The position numbers and the translations under genes are program-made. The notes below the pieces were generated by a model. That model did no database searches. It saw only the letters and a program-made list of their open reading frames with translations, and was not told where the DNA came from. Shown here piece by piece: positions 1 through 12,880 of a DNA stretch of 64,000 bases. The stretch's first letter is position 1; every line of letters begins with the position of its first letter. This DNA comes from the human T2T-CHM13v2.0 reference genome, Homo sapiens, in assembly GCF_009914755.1 (NCBI RefSeq), contig NC_060935.1; one strand, 5' to 3'.

Positions 1-424
1 AAACATGGAACCAACCCAAATGCCCATCAATCAGAGTGGATAAAGAAACTGTGATATAGATGATGGAATACTACTCAGCAATAAAAAGGAATGAATTAGT
101 GGCATTCACAGCAAGCTGGGTGAGATTGGAGACTATTACTCTCAGTGAAGTAACCCAGGAATAGAAAACCAACCCTCATATGTTCACATTCATAAGTGGG
201 AGTTAGGCTATGAGGATGCAAAGGCATAAGAATGACATCATAGACTTTAGGAATTTAGGGGGAAAGGTGCCTGGGGTTGAAAGATAAAAGACTACAAATT
301 GGATGCAGAGTATACTACTTGGGTGATATGTGCACCAAAATCTCACAAATCACCGCTAAAGAACTTATGTAACAAGACACCACCTGTTCCCCAAAACCTA
401 TGGATATGAAATATTTTTTAAAAA
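1..424 (+). mobile_element. LINE-1 3' end (L1PB-like): ORF2 tail, 3'UTR and A-rich tail
   Basis: Motifs 'ggataaagaaactgtg', 'cataagtgggagttaggctatgaggatgcaaaggcataagaatga' and 'aaatcaccgctaaagaactta'; ends in an A-rich tail. Confidence 0.85.
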
Positions 425-720
425 AGCATACCATAGAAGATATATACAGTAAGATTTCCCTCATATGGAGTTTAAAATGGGCAAAGCTAAATGGTATATT
501 GTTTAGGCATAAACACAAATATGAAGTAAAGCTATAAAAAGCTGCAAGGGAGTGATTAGCTCAAAATTGAGGATAGTTATCTCTAGTGGCTGGGAGGGAG
601 ATTCATTGGGGAGGTACAATTAAGGAGTTTTGATAATCTGGTTGTATTCATTTTATTTTATATATTCATATATATTAATTTTATTACTCTTTGTATTATA
701 AATTTTACAAGAAAACAAAA
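425..720 (+). mobile_element. Old L1M (L1ME-like) 3' fragment
   Basis: 'gggcaaagctaaatggtatattgtttagg...ggatagttatctctagtggctgggaggg' resembles L1ME 3'UTR; highly diverged. Confidence 0.5.
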
Positions 721-1025
721 TTATAAAAAGAGTAGTCATGTAAGAATGTAGTGAGAAGAGGATGCAGGATCAGCATGGATAAAAGCATTCAGGTAGGAAC
801 AGCCTCAGCAAATTTGAGTATGGGTGGGGGAAAGCCTCTTACGCCTTGGACAGCCCAAAGTTTCCTATATCTATTCTGCCACTTTCCTATCCAGTTTATC
901 CGTGCATACTGCCAAAGTGTATTTTCCTGCATAGTGACATACAATAAAAAATGTTACATACTTTATTTTGGGGAGTTACTTTATTTCCTCCTTTTCTGAT
1001 GTACGTTTTTATTTGTTTTTTCTAG

Positions 1026-1154
1026 GTCATAACTTTTGTGCAGAAGGACCTAAATGTGGTGAAAACTCAGAGTGCAAAAACTGGAATACAAAAGCTACTT
1101 GTGAGTGCAAGAGTGGTTACATCTCTGTCCAGGGAGACTCTGCCTACTGTGAAG
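1026..1154 (+). CDS. NELL1: Internal coding exon of NELL1 (neural EGFL-like 1), encoding an EGF-like domain; probably exon 12
   Basis: Translation (G)HNFCAEGPKCGENSECKNWNTKATCECKSGYISVQGDSAYCE matches the NELL1 sequence as I recall it and has 6-Cys EGF spacing. Polypyrimidine tract plus TAG acceptor at 1023-1025, and AAG|GTAAGT donor at 1155-1160. Length 129 bp, symmetric phase 1-1 as is typical of EGF exons. Confidence 0.96.
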
Positions 1155-2210
1155 GTAAGTAAGCTATTTAATGAAGTCACTTGTGAGAGGTTGACTGAGA
1201 AGTGTATGCCTGGTAGATGTGGTTAAAGAGTGAAAACTATCACTTGGCTGTGGTCCTATGCAATCCTATAAGAAATCATATCAATTGCTGAGGGTTCTCT
1301 GTTCTCCTGGTTTATCCATGCTGCTCAGTAGCATGAGAAAGCAAGACCTTTGAAGGTCGTTATGAAGCACGGCAAAGAAGCAAAGGCAACAGGGACATAT
1401 CAAATCCCATGTTCTGCTGCTGTGCACATAACAATCACTAGATCAACCATAGACACATCATATTCTGTTTTCTTATTTGATGAGATTGCCATCTTCATAT
1501 TTAATTAAATGTACAGGGTGGTTTCTGTTTTCAAATGATACTTTGACATTAACTCATACTAGGCTGCTGTCTCCTTGACCTGACAAGATCAGGTTTTTAT
1601 TCTTTTTAGTGGGTTTCTTCGTGACTGGTTCATGCATTGCCAATTCCCAATCTCTACTAAAAGTCACAGTAATGGAGGGACTCATAACTTTGGCACATGG
1701 GCTGATGCCATTACAGTGGGATGGTGGCCTCAAGCATCAATGACCCACATTTCTGCTCTAGAGAAAGCAACTCCTCCGTCTTAAGAGAGCACCGTTTTTT
1801 CAGGCTTAGTACTGCAACCTGCTAGTGGTGAGCATTGCACATCTCTATTACCTTAACATGCCAGAGGAGTGGGAGTTAGTTCGACCTGGTCTGTATGTAT
1901 AGTACCATAATATCTGAGCCCATCCATTTCCAACGTGCTCATGGCTCCCTTCCATCAGTTTGCAAAAGCTTTAATAAGCAAAGTGATGGCTGGGCTATTT
2001 TTCTGTTTGTTCTGATTCCAATTATTCCTGCTGTCTTCATTAATAATACCTTGCACCATGATGATTTGGGTAGTTGTCTTCAATGAATGCTGCAAATTCC
2101 TGGTCACTTTCCTCTAAGTGGTCTGGCTCTCAGATAGGTCAGGTATTCTAAAGGTAAAGACAGTATTAACTGATGATAGTAATGGTAAATTCTTTCTATT
2201 CTCTATCTCA

Positions 2211-2452
2211 TAGTTGACCCTCGAACAACACGGGTTTAAACTTTGCATGCTGACTTATACATGGATTTTTTTTCAACCAGACACAAGTCAAAAATACAGA
2301 ATTCATGGGATGCAAAACCTGCCTATATGGGAGAGCCATCTTTTCCTATAGAGTGGATTCTGCAGAGCCTACTTTGGGATTTGAGTGTGTGTAGATTTGG
2401 GTATACACAGGGGCCTAGAACCAATTCCCTGCATATACCCAGGAATGACTAT
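2211..2452 (-). mobile_element. MER8 (TcMar-Tigger MITE)
   Basis: Begins 'agttgaccctcgaacaacacgggtttaaac' and ends 'aaccaattccctgcatatacccaggaatgacta'. About 240 bp, colinear with the reverse complement of MER8. Confidence 0.8.
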
Positions 2453-5299
2453 ATATTGTTAATCCCTGCTTAACTTTTTGGCTTTGACTAAAGACCTCTA
2501 GTTATCAAGAGGATATATCTTATTACTACTAGAGACCAGTACCTTGTAGGAACCCTCTGTTTTTTTCATTTCTTCTGGAAGACTTTCTTTGTTACTACCA
2601 TAATTTTTATTAACAATATATTCTAATAATATATAATAATTTTGTCTTCTTATTTTTCACTGTTTTTTTGGCTTGTTTTATGGATTTGAAGTTTTAAGGA
2701 GACATGTCACTTGGGAGAATGAAACTGTCCCTTTGCTTATGAACCTTTTCATCTGCCCTTTAATACATCTTAGTTATTTGTTAATTTGGGGTGATGGGAG
2801 TATCAATTTCAATACTTCATATTAATATTTATGTTTAGATCTTCCCTTATGCTATTTTCTATCAGAAAATTTAAGTAATTTTAAGAATTAAAAATGTGAG
2901 TATTCCCACTATTTACCATGGAAAAATCCTGTAAGCCACATAATGGTCTAAAATATTTACCTTCTTACCTTTTCCTATATGCAGGGATAGACGTCGAACA
3001 ATTATAAAAATGATAGAAGAAACCTCAAAAACAATGTGAATCCTGATTACGCCACTGGCAGACCTTTTAGTTGTTTGTTGAAATCAGCATAGCCACCATT
3101 CCTGACCCCACTTCTCTATTGAGAACCAGCAGAATATGAGACAAAACTGCTGGTGCTAATGCTGTTTGGGATTCTTTGATTCATTTCTCATTGATGTCAT
3201 TTTTTATTACAAAAGACTGGCTCCATGAGGAGCCATCTGCAGTATCAACCTGTTCTTTCTCTATGAGGCCTTATTTTATAATGCTGAGTGGATTTTAGGT
3301 CTGAATCACTGTTTTCTTGGGCATGCTCCTGTTTAGCTCAGTGTATGAGCCTGGCCTTAGGCCAGTATGCATTGTGGTGCTATTGCGGTTGGGTAATGGC
3401 AATGTGACTGGGCTTCAGTCATTTCCTTGTTGTATGGAGACTTTCCATAAGCTCCAGGGGATGTGTTCTTGGAGAGAAGGATAGCACCTAAGGAGAAATG
3501 GCTAAACATTGGACCCCTCCTAGCATGTAGGAACATAGCTCATGGGTTAAAGCAGGGGTCAAGTACTGGGCATCCGGCTGGGAGGCACAGAGAACCCAGT
3601 AGAGTGAATGCCAACATTTAGAGCAGATGCCTTTCTCGCATTCCTTCTGCCATCTTCAGCATTTGAACTTTGATCTTTGGGCCTATGTTTCCGTGATTGC
3701 ATGATGACTTCCATAGCTCTAAGAATGGTACCCTCACAGCAGCATCCTAAGCAAGGAAGAGAGGAAGGGGCAGGGCTTAAAAACCTTGTCTGTGTGAGGT
3801 TCTGTCATTTTATGCTCAAAGAAAGTCCTTCGTAGAAAGTCATTCCCCAACTCTACCCCTATTACCACCATAACCACATGCAGAAGACTTCCCCTGTGTT
3901 ATTTTTCAGACCCAGGTTACACCACTTCTATCCTCACCACACACACACTTCTAGACCGATGTTTGAGAAAGGAGAATGAGATGGCCATCACTGCTTTGGG
4001 CTAATTGTGTTTATTCCCTGGAGCTGGAGGAGAGGTTTGTCTTCCTGAAACCAAAAGAGCTTTGCTGGTTACAACAAAATAGGGTTTTAACCCTATTCAA
4101 TAAAATAGGGTTTTAGCAACCATTCTTTTATGATTACATTTAGATGAATTAAATGAGATAAATGGTCATGCAGGCCATTTCCCCAGCTCTCTCCTAAGAA
4201 TTGCCCTTTGAAGTGATCGGGTAGACAAGCTTACAGATGGCCAAATGCCCTCCTAGGAACAGAGACTCTCTGAGGCTTCATTCGTTGTCTCTCCACAGCC
4301 TAGAAAGAAGTAAATACTTATGAGCTGCTTGAAGCAAGTTATTTTTACTCTGAGTAAATGGGATGAAAATGACTCATACGATAAAAACCACAGTGAACAA
4401 GACTGGCTTGCAAATTAAAACAAAATATTACACACATTGTCCAGGCCATCTTGAAAAGCCTGTTCAGGCTCTCAGTGGAAAAGGAAGCACCAAAGGCTTT
4501 CAATTTTCTTAACTTCCTAAGGTAGAAGCAGAGAGGTGGCATATTGGCTCCTGCTCTGTAGAGATTGTCGTAGAAACTGCCGTAGAGAAGATAGCTGAAC
4601 TCCTGGCCAATCAATAGAAGATAATAAGACCTTTTGTCAGCTATGATACAATTCACAGGAGGCTGTTTCATTTTGCCTTTTCTGACTCCAGGAGGAGCAT
4701 TCTCCATTTTGAAAACTGCTCTAGTTGGATTTTAATGTTTTAGGAATCTTGTCGGCTGAGGCTTTTTCCTTTTTTAATGACATTTTCAACAGGTTGGTCT
4801 TAAGTAGTTTCTGATGCATTAGGAGTAGTGTCTGAGGAAAGTATAGCAATAGGGGCCCTACTCATGATCTTAATTCTTGAATTTGGAGTCTACCTAGATA
4901 GAGTCTCATAAACTTTTTCTTTCTGTGATAAAAAGTTACTTAGAAGCATAAAGAACAATGTAATATCATACACATCATGCCATCTGTCAGGTGTGGAAAG
5001 CACTACAATTAACATTAAATGATAATACCTTTTACTTGCAGAGTGTTTTAAATTTTTCAAACTCCTTTTATATATGTTACACTTTTTGAACGTTACAATG
5101 AATCTTTGAGAAAGTTGCGGCATTGGCCACATTAACTCCATTTTATGAGTACAGACAAGAGGATTCAGAGAAATGAAGTAAAAAGATGATCCTCAACTCA
5201 TTTCTACTCTAGAGCTTTCTGCCTGACTTAAATGCTCCCTCTTCTTCCACTACCCACACTGTTCCAATACTGTGCTAGTGTTCAAAATGTTGGTTGCCC

Positions 5300-5610
5300 T
5301 CCCGATTTTGCCGACATCAGTTTTGGCTAATGAAATGTGAGTGGACGTGACATGTAGTTTCAGAGTAGAACCTCAAGGAGCTTTTGCAGAATTCCACATC
5401 GTTCTCTTTTCTCTCTGAAACAAAAACTGGCAATGTTCCAGGTCAGGGCTTCTCCTTTAGCTGACATCCCAGAATGAAGATGACATGGAACCGTGTGACA
5501 ACTGACAGGTGATGGGTATGTGGCATGAGTGAGAAATAATCTTGTATGCCACTGACATTGGTAGGATTTGGGGGTGGGGAGTTATGCTACCTTGTGCGTA
5601 ATAGCGTAAG
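5300..5610 (+). mobile_element. MLT1-family MaLR LTR fragment
   Basis: 'tttggctaatgaaatgtgagtggacgtgacatgt...gcatgagtgagaaataatc' are typical MLT1I/J motifs. Confidence 0.6.
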
Positions 5611-6432
5611 CCTACGATATGTCTCCCTGAATTAATGGATCCAACTCTTGTGGGTTCAGAAGGATACCAAAATTCAGAGCTAACAACTGAAAGCAGTTTT
5701 TAATAGAGCAAGCATTGAGAGTTACCAAGGTACAAATTGTTGAGTCATCAGGAGTTTGCTCTGGCACTGCTGCCAAGCAACAGATTTTTTACAGACCACA
5801 AGTTATAAAGCAATGTTTTGTCATGCCAAATTCAACATGGTAAATGGATTTCCCAATTAAGATGATAATGAAACAGTGCATGTCAGAAATTTAGCAAATT
5901 GTCTGGTATTCACTAAATATTGAATAGATCACAGTTATTATTACCATTATTATTTACTTAAATCATTAATGTTTATGAGGATCTTTCTTGGAATTTGCAG
6001 GAGTGTGTGCTCATTGAGACCAATACTTTGAGAAAGAGAAAGAGACCAAATTGGCAGGTAGCAGGGGAGAATACATTTAGATGGAAGGACTAGGGTTCAT
6101 CAATTCTTCCAGGTGCATATTGTTAGCAGTGGGGCACTAAGCCTAATAATGTATAGGTGAACTCATTCCTTCCTTGGAAAAACACAAGTGGAATTGTATT
6201 CAAGGAAATATTTTGGAAAAAAATGACCTGAATTGGTATGAATTTAGTAATTTCATGTAACAAAACTGACATGTCTGAAACAGAGCAGCTGATTAGCAAG
6301 GTGATTTATAACTTCTTTCATATGACTAGAGGTGGTGGTGAAGGGTCTGACCCTTAGAATGGTAAGAGGCTGGGAAAGTGGTAGAGAGATCAGAGTTCAA
6401 ACAGAACGCAGCCCACAGAATACCTAAGTGGG

Positions 6433-6634
6433 TAGATACTTACTAGACATGGAGACTAATGTAAATGCACTTCTATAGAAACAAGATCCTGCAAATTCTT
6501 AATTAAGAGATTGTGTAGAGGAAATGGGCTAGTTTACTTAATTACACTTCTAATTATCCAATATTTAGGTAACTTCTTTTACATTTAAATATTTTGCATT
6601 TTATAAAATGTGTGAACATCATGATCTACATAGC
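6433..6634 (+). repeat. Local direct duplication, copy A (~200 bp; partner 7787-8002)
   Basis: Directly alignable, including identical 'acatttaaatattttgcattttataaaatgtgtgaacatcatgatcta'. Confidence 0.92.
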
Positions 6635-6695
6635 CCAGTTTCTTCTCAAGTGTGGGCTTCAGTCTCCTAAAGCTCTACTTTAGACAGCAAAGCAT

Positions 6696-7021
6696 TGCTT
6701 TAGTTCGTTCATGCCGCTGTAACAGAACACCTGAGGCTGGGTAATTTACAAAGAATGGAAATTTATTTTCTCATGGTGCTGGAGGCTAAGAAGTCCAAAA
6801 TGAAGGTGCCAGCATCTGGTGAGGGCCCTTTTGATTCATCATCACAGGTGAAAGGCAGAAGAGCAAGAAGTGGGCAAGAGGGGGCAGAACTGGCCTTTTT
6901 ATATGAGGGCAGAGCCATCATGTCCTAATCACCTCTTAAAAGTTCCACTTCTTAATATTGTTACAATGGTGACTAAATTTCAACATGAATTTTGGAGGGG
7001 ACAAACATTCAAACCATAGTA
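6696..7021 (-). mobile_element. MST-family (MSTB/MSTC-like) MaLR solo LTR
   Basis: 'aacagaacacctgaggctgggtaattta...aagtccaaaatgaaggtgccagcatctggtgaggg...ttttggaggggacaaacattcaaaccatag'. Confidence 0.85.
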
Positions 7022-7786
7022 GAGATCAAAAGCCTCTTCTGATTGGTCATTGTCAGCAAAACCTTAATTCTTAGTTCCTGCTCCCATTTATTTCCAGATA
7101 TTCAGAATGCTTGAGATAAGAATACCTTGGGGTATCTTTCTTTTCTGTTTTCTCATTAGCCTGCCTCACTAATGGAGAGATCTTCCAGTACCCAGGTGTC
7201 TGTCAATCCCCACCTCCCCTTTCCAAGGCACAGAGATTCCTAGCCTTTGCTTTGTTCTGGATAACTAACATGTCATCTTCCTCCCAGCAGGAGATGCAGC
7301 TGAGCCTTGTTCCTGGGCCTGGCTTTTCTCTGCCTCTGCTTTGTTATTTCCTAGGCTACTTAGCCAAAGTGCATCTATTCCTGCTCTCCTACCCACTTGA
7401 AATCTTCTTAACCATCACCTCCCCACCCCCTGCCGCCCCCTGCCCCGACACACACACGATTTTCTTCTTGAAAGTATAACACAAAGAAAAATAAAGTTCA
7501 AATTCAAATCCTGGTTATTCCACCTAGGGTTAAAAGAAGGGGTAAATTCCTAAGCTCTGCCCTTAGGAATGAACCCCAGTCAAACTAACCGGGGCAATGG
7601 TCAGGATGGAACTTCAAATAGCACTGTTTTGTTTTTGTTTTGTTTTATTTTATTTATTTTTTACCACGCTTCATGCTTCAAAAATTTATTTGCAAGATAT
7701 ATGCAGAAATTTTAGTTATTTCTTTGTGACAGAAGTGGTGTAGGCATTGATTAGGTTTTCAGGCCAGTTCATAGAAGCCCAGGGCA

Positions 7787-8002
7787 TAGGTATTTACTAG
7801 ACACAGAGACTCGTGTGAATGAACTTCTGTGGAAACAAGACCCTGCAAATTCTTAGTTAAGAGATTGTATAGGAGAAATGGGCTAGTTTGCTTAATTATG
7901 CTTCTAATTATTCCAATACTTAGGTAACTTTTTTTTTTTACATTTTTTACATTTAAATATTTTGCATTTTATAAAATGTGTGAACATCATGATCTATGTA
8001 GC
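7787..8002 (+). repeat. Local direct duplication, copy B (partner 6433-6634)
   Basis: As for copy A; carries an extra T-rich expansion near 7930-7950. Confidence 0.92.
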
Positions 8003-8104
8003 ACCACGATCTTCATGTAGCTGAAGTATTGTACTACAAAGATATCCTGAGTTCCAGGGTGTTGAAAACAGAGAATCAGGTACTTTTCTCCCAATTTCGG
8101 GTAA

Positions 8105-8950
8105 GGGTACATCCACTTAGTTGCTCAGGTCATAAGACATAGACATCATCCTTGATTCCACTCTTTTCTTTATCCCCAACATCTGCTACATCAGAAAGTC
8201 CTGTTAGCTTTACCTCCAAAATTAATCACAAATTCACTCATGTCTTGCTGTCTTCACCACTACCACCCTAGACCAAGCTTCCTTTATCTTTTGGCTAGTG
8301 ATCCCAGTAGCATCCACTCTTGCCAACCATAGTCCATCTTCAAACATATTTAAAGTGAGCTTTTTAAGTGTAAGCAGATTATGCTACTCTCCTGTTGAAA
8401 TTTGTCTCATAGCTCCCATGCCTCTTAGAATAATACCCAAATTTGGTCCTGTGTCAGGCCCTATGTGAACTGGAACCTGCCTACTTCTCCAAATTCATCT
8501 TGTTTCACTCTCTCCAGTGTTTACTCTTTTCCCATCACACTGGAATTCTTTGCATCCCTCCAATAGGCCTGTGCAGTAGTTCTTTCCTCAACCTGGGAGG
8601 CCCTTCACTCAGATCTTTCCAAATCTGCTTTCCAGGCCTTGTTCAATATGTAGTTCAAATGCCACTTCTTTAGAAAGATCTCTCCTAACCACGCTGGCTA
8701 AATTAGCTCTGCTGCTATCATCAGTTACCCCCTATACCATTTGAATTTGATTTAATGTATTTTCTTTGTAGCACTTATTCTTTGAAATTGTGTTGTTTTC
8801 TTATGTGTGTTTTTCTGTTTAAAGTTTTATTATCTGACCCTTTGGAATATAAACTGCATGAGGGCAGCAATTTTATTTTATTCACTATCTCTAGCACCTA
8901 AAATAGTGCATGGTACATTATAGACACACAAACATTTGCTTAAAGAAAGA
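8105..8950 (+). mobile_element. L2 (L2a-like) LINE 3' portion
   Basis: 'ttgctcaggtcataa...catcatccttgattcc', 'aaactgcatgagggcag' and 'ctagcacctaaaatagtgcatggtaca...aacatttgcttaaagaaagaa'. Confidence 0.8.
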
Positions 8951-8977
8951 AAGGAAGGAAGGAAGGAAGGAAGGAAG
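8951..8977 (+). repeat. (GGAA)n microsatellite
   Basis: About 6 tandem GGAA units at the L2 tail. Confidence 0.9.
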
Positions 8978-9309
8978 ACAGTGCTTTTCTGTATCTGACA
9001 CTGTTTTCTTATGTCAAGTTCATTTTACTAGCATTGCTCAAGGGCTGCTTTTTAAAGTGCAGAGTCTGTAGGTCAGGGGCTGCTTCTGCCCACTTTTGCT
9101 AATACTCAGTTCATGTAATGGTGAAACGCTGTGTGTTAACTTTATTTCATATGAACGTCACTGCCTTTATTTGCTACGGAATGCCTTTCCTTCACTACAT
9201 GACAAGAGGGTAGCTGTCCCTTCATTTTGATAAAAAGATAATGGTTTTTCAAAAAATCATTTTATCAGCTGTTTATAGAAAATTGGTTTTCTATAGATTT
9301 TCAAATGGA

Positions 9310-9600
9310 TGTTCCAGCTTAACACGTGGCTCCCCTCAAAACCATGATTCAGGGACCCTGGCTCCTTTCCTCTTGTGGTCCTAGCATGGGCAGTATGTGC
9401 CTCTCAAGGTCACCAGGGAAGGGGAAAAGAATGGAAGGTTACCAGTGGGAGGTTTTTATGGGCCAGGGCTGTTCACATTTCACTGGCCAGAACTCAGATG
9501 GTGGCTCTATCTAACTGCAAGAGGGGTTGGTAAATTTCGTCTAGCTGTGTTCCCAGGAGGAAAGAAAAATCTGTTTTGGTGAGTGGCTTTTTGATCTTGC
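9310..9600 (-). mobile_element. MLT1-family (J/K-like) MaLR LTR fragment
   Basis: 'cattt cactggccagaactcag...ctaactgcaagaggggttggtaaat...tctagctgtgttcccaggagg'. Confidence 0.6.
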
Positions 9601-10249
9601 CAGCTTTTCCAGTTATTTAATGAAAAAAATCTCCTCATTAATTATAAGCGTTTTACTTTTTATTTATTTCCTTTTTCCCATAAATGAGTTCTAGCTTCAG
9701 TTGATTGTGCTGAAGCTTGCTCACTTGGAGACCAGATAGGATTTGACTACTTAACCATGCCCTTTTCACTTTCCTGTTGTATCATCTCCAGGCTTCCCTG
9801 TGCCCCCCACTGTATCATCTCATTTGGATTTATTCTATCCTCAATATTCCTTATGTCTCAAGGTGACCCATCTCCTTTCTCTCCAAGCAAAATTCACAGT
9901 TTCCCCTGTGCTGCAGTTCTGAGTTTTGTGCTAGAAAGAAAGCAATTCATGGAACAAGCTTACATACATTTGTAAATGATTGATATCCAGCTAACACTAC
10001 CAGAGGTAAATGTATTCTTTAAAGAGGATGCTTTATAATTAAGAGAGTCTTCAAACCATTAAATTCCAAGCAACATAGCAAAAGAAAGTAAAAATTAAAG
10101 TAATGTGAACATGGAAGATAGAACTGCTTAGAGGACTAAGCAGATTGTCTCTGCCTGGGAGTTGGTCTTGGTGGTCAGCTATCCTCAAATATTTCTGTTT
10201 TCTAACATTTTTATTCCCTCCATTTTTTTCCCCTGACAACTCTCAGGGG

Positions 10250-10500
10250 AGTGATGTAGTAAAGAACAAAGGAAAAACATTGAAATAGGGACAAGAAGAT
10301 TTTGATGGATCCTGACTCTATCATTTAGCAGCCGGGTAACATTGGAGAGTCACCCAATTCTTGTGTGTTTTGGTTTCTTTCATGATCTAAACAGGACTTT
10401 TCAACAAGGCCAAAATAAAGGCCTTACTTTACCAATTGGTTGTGGAAGCTAAATAAGATATTGAATGTGAAAGCATTTTGCAAAGGCTAAAGCAGCATAG
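10250..10500 (+). mobile_element. MIR SINE
   Basis: MIR core 'gatcctgactctatcatttagcagccgggtaacattggagagtcac' and 3' 'gttgtggaagctaaataagata...gtgaaagcattttg'. Confidence 0.65.
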
Positions 10501-10650
10501 CTATGTATTGTAACATTATTTATAATTATATTATCATGCATTATTATACCAACAATATTATTTTAGTCATTGGCAGTATTTGTTCTAGAACACTAGAACA
10601 CAGGTCTTTAGATCTTCATGGCGTATATAAATATCTAATCTATCTCTCTG

Positions 10651-10681
10651 TCCATCCATCCATCCATCCATCCATCCATCC
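10651..10681 (+). repeat. (TCCA)n microsatellite
   Basis: About 7 tandem TCCA units. Confidence 0.9.
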
Positions 10682-10934
10682 GTACTCTGAACATAGAGAT
10701 ATATCTACCAACATGTATATTGAGCCATAGTTTGTGTAGAGTCATTGTGGGCTTTATAAAAGTGGGGCTTCTGTGTTGTACAACTCCATGGGGCATCATT
10801 TATGTAGTTGTCTAGGTGAGTGGCAGCTGCTGGAATTATGCAGTATAAAGTCTGCAAGGTTGTACACTGCAGCCCTACGAAAGGCATAAAGGAAAGGGTC
10901 AGGCCCAGAGTCTTGTCTCATTCTTTAAGTGAAA

Positions 10935-11400
10935 ATTAATTGACCATCTATTGTGGCTGGGTCTTGTGTTGGCTAAAGATGATTAAGCCATAGATCGTAT
11001 CCTCAAGGAGCTTAACAGTTTAAAAGGGGGAAAAGAGCCTTGTATCAGATAAGAAAATTACAATAGGATTTGTTCTATCCTAGGATTTAAATAGTGTTGT
11101 AGGAATACAATGGTGAGAGCAATACATTCTGCCAATAGGAGTCAGCACAGGCTGCCCAGAGGAAGTGACATTTGAACGGAGTTCTTAAGAATAAGATGTT
11201 CTGCAAGAAGAGGTATGCAGGAAGGCCATTCTCAGTAGGGGGATCAGCAGATACAAAAGCTCAAAGTGAGAAGTTTGACATGGCTGGACCAAAGGATTTT
11301 GGTAGGAGATGAGAGTAAAGATATGGTTGATAGTTGGATGGGGAAAAGCATTTTGAATGTGCTAAGAAGTCTAAATTTTTTTTTTTGTGGGCCAGTATAT
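10935..11400 (-). mobile_element. L2 fragment
   Basis: 'cctcaaggagcttaacagtt', 'cagaggaagtgacatttgaac'; diverged. Confidence 0.55.
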
Positions 11401-12214
11401 ACACATATAGGATGCTGGTATCACAGTGGGTGCAAAACTGGATCCATTGGGTTATGGAAAAAAAAATTAGAACTTTTATTTATGCTTATTTTCATCTCAT
11501 CCTCAATGAAATAGTTGTTGTCTCGATGAATTTTCAAACATGGCTATGATGGGTAAGAAGGAGATAAAGCATCGTTGAGGTCATAAGAATGAACTTGCAT
11601 GGCCTTGCTTTGTGTCTGTCCCCAAACTCTCGCAGTCAGGCTGCATCTGATTCTTGATCATGTCTTCCCTCTGATAACTCAGATACCTGGCATTTTTCCA
11701 GGTGAATCTATCTTGCTCTGCTTGTGGCTGGATGGTGCCCAGAAGCCAAGCCTATGTGTATGGCCTTACATTATTTTTTAGTGATGTACCTTCACCTTAA
11801 AAAATCATGCTGAGACATTTTTTTGGCTCACTTAATAATATTTTAGGACTTTAGCATATCTCCTTGAAAGACATTATGCATAAATTATGTTATTTATAGT
11901 GCTTAGCATTTTTATGTAGCAAAAAGAAGGAAGAGAAGAAGAAAAAAACAGAAGGGAAAAACGTCCCTGCTTTTCAGGGACAAGTCCAAGTTTTAGAGCT
12001 TTAAATGGAAATAGAAATGTAGTCGCTTTAAACTTTTTTGGTTATTTAAAAATAATACCTTTCAACTATCTCTAAGAAACCTAATATCCAGACAGAAATG
12101 AGAATTGAACTCACTCAGTTTTTATTGTACTCTTGTTATTGCAGCTGGTATGTTACTGCCTGCCGTGACTCAGCTTCCTGGCGAAGCTTGCCTGGGTAAA
12201 CAATTAGAGAAGAA

Positions 12215-12880
12215 TAACACAGGTTTAGTGGAAAGTTTAGATTTAGATTTGGGGTACCTGGCTTAGAAATCCTGGCTTTATCATTGTTTTGTGAACTTAA
12301 GCAGGGAACTTCATCTCTCATCATTTTCCCTTTGTAAAATTAGTGTGCTAATACTTATCTAAGTAGTCTTTTTAAAGAATTGCTATAAAGAAAATGTAGC
12401 ACATATAGCCCATGGAATACTATGCAGCCACATAAAAGAATGAGAGCATGTCCTTTGCAGGGACATGGATGAAGCTGGAAGCCATCATCCTCAACAAACT
12501 AACACAGGAACAGAAAACCAAACACCGCATGTTCTCACTCATAAGTGGGAGTTGAACAATGAGAACACATGAGCACAGGGAGGGGAACAACAGACACTGG
12601 GGCCTGCTGGGGAGCGGGGTGGGGGGCAAGGGGAGGGAGAGCATTAGGACAAATACCTAATGCATGCAGGGCTTAAAACCTAGACGATGGGTTGATAAAT
12701 GCAGCAAACCACCATGGCATATGTATACCTATGTAACCAACCTGCACGACCTGTACATATATCCCAGAACTTAAAGTAAAATAAAAAATTAAAATAAAAA
12801 TAAATTGCTATAAGAACTAAGGGGAATGAAAAGATTTAAGGCAGAATCCAGCACACAATAGGTGTTAGTTAAATTTGAAT
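12215..12880 (+). mobile_element. MIR split by an L1PA insertion
   Basis: MIR core at ~12255-12385 ('tttgtaaaattagtgtgctaatacttatct'). The MIR 3' part resumes at ~12814 ('...gcacacaataggtgttagttaaat'). Confidence 0.6.
12389..12802 (+). mobile_element. 5'-truncated L1PA (about L1PA8-10) with TSD AATTGCTATAA
   Basis: Canonical L1PA 3'UTR ('gcagggacatggatgaagctggaagccatcatcctc', 'ggcttaaaacctagacgatgggttga'), A-rich tail, and TSD at 12378-12388 / 12803-12813. Confidence 0.92.

Noticed and set aside
968-1162. 64-aa ORF as a standalone gene
   Set aside because: It is the NELL1 exon frame read through intronic flanks. The real boundaries are the splice sites at 1026 and 1154.
4345-4707. 120-aa minus-strand ORF
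   Set aside because: No recognisable homology, poly(A) or TSD to suggest a processed pseudogene; the length is compatible with chance.
12165-12180. ARE/AP-1-like GTGACTCAGC next to an ETS-like CTTCCTG
   Set aside because: Short motifs expected by chance in 64 kb, with no supporting evidence in the sequence.
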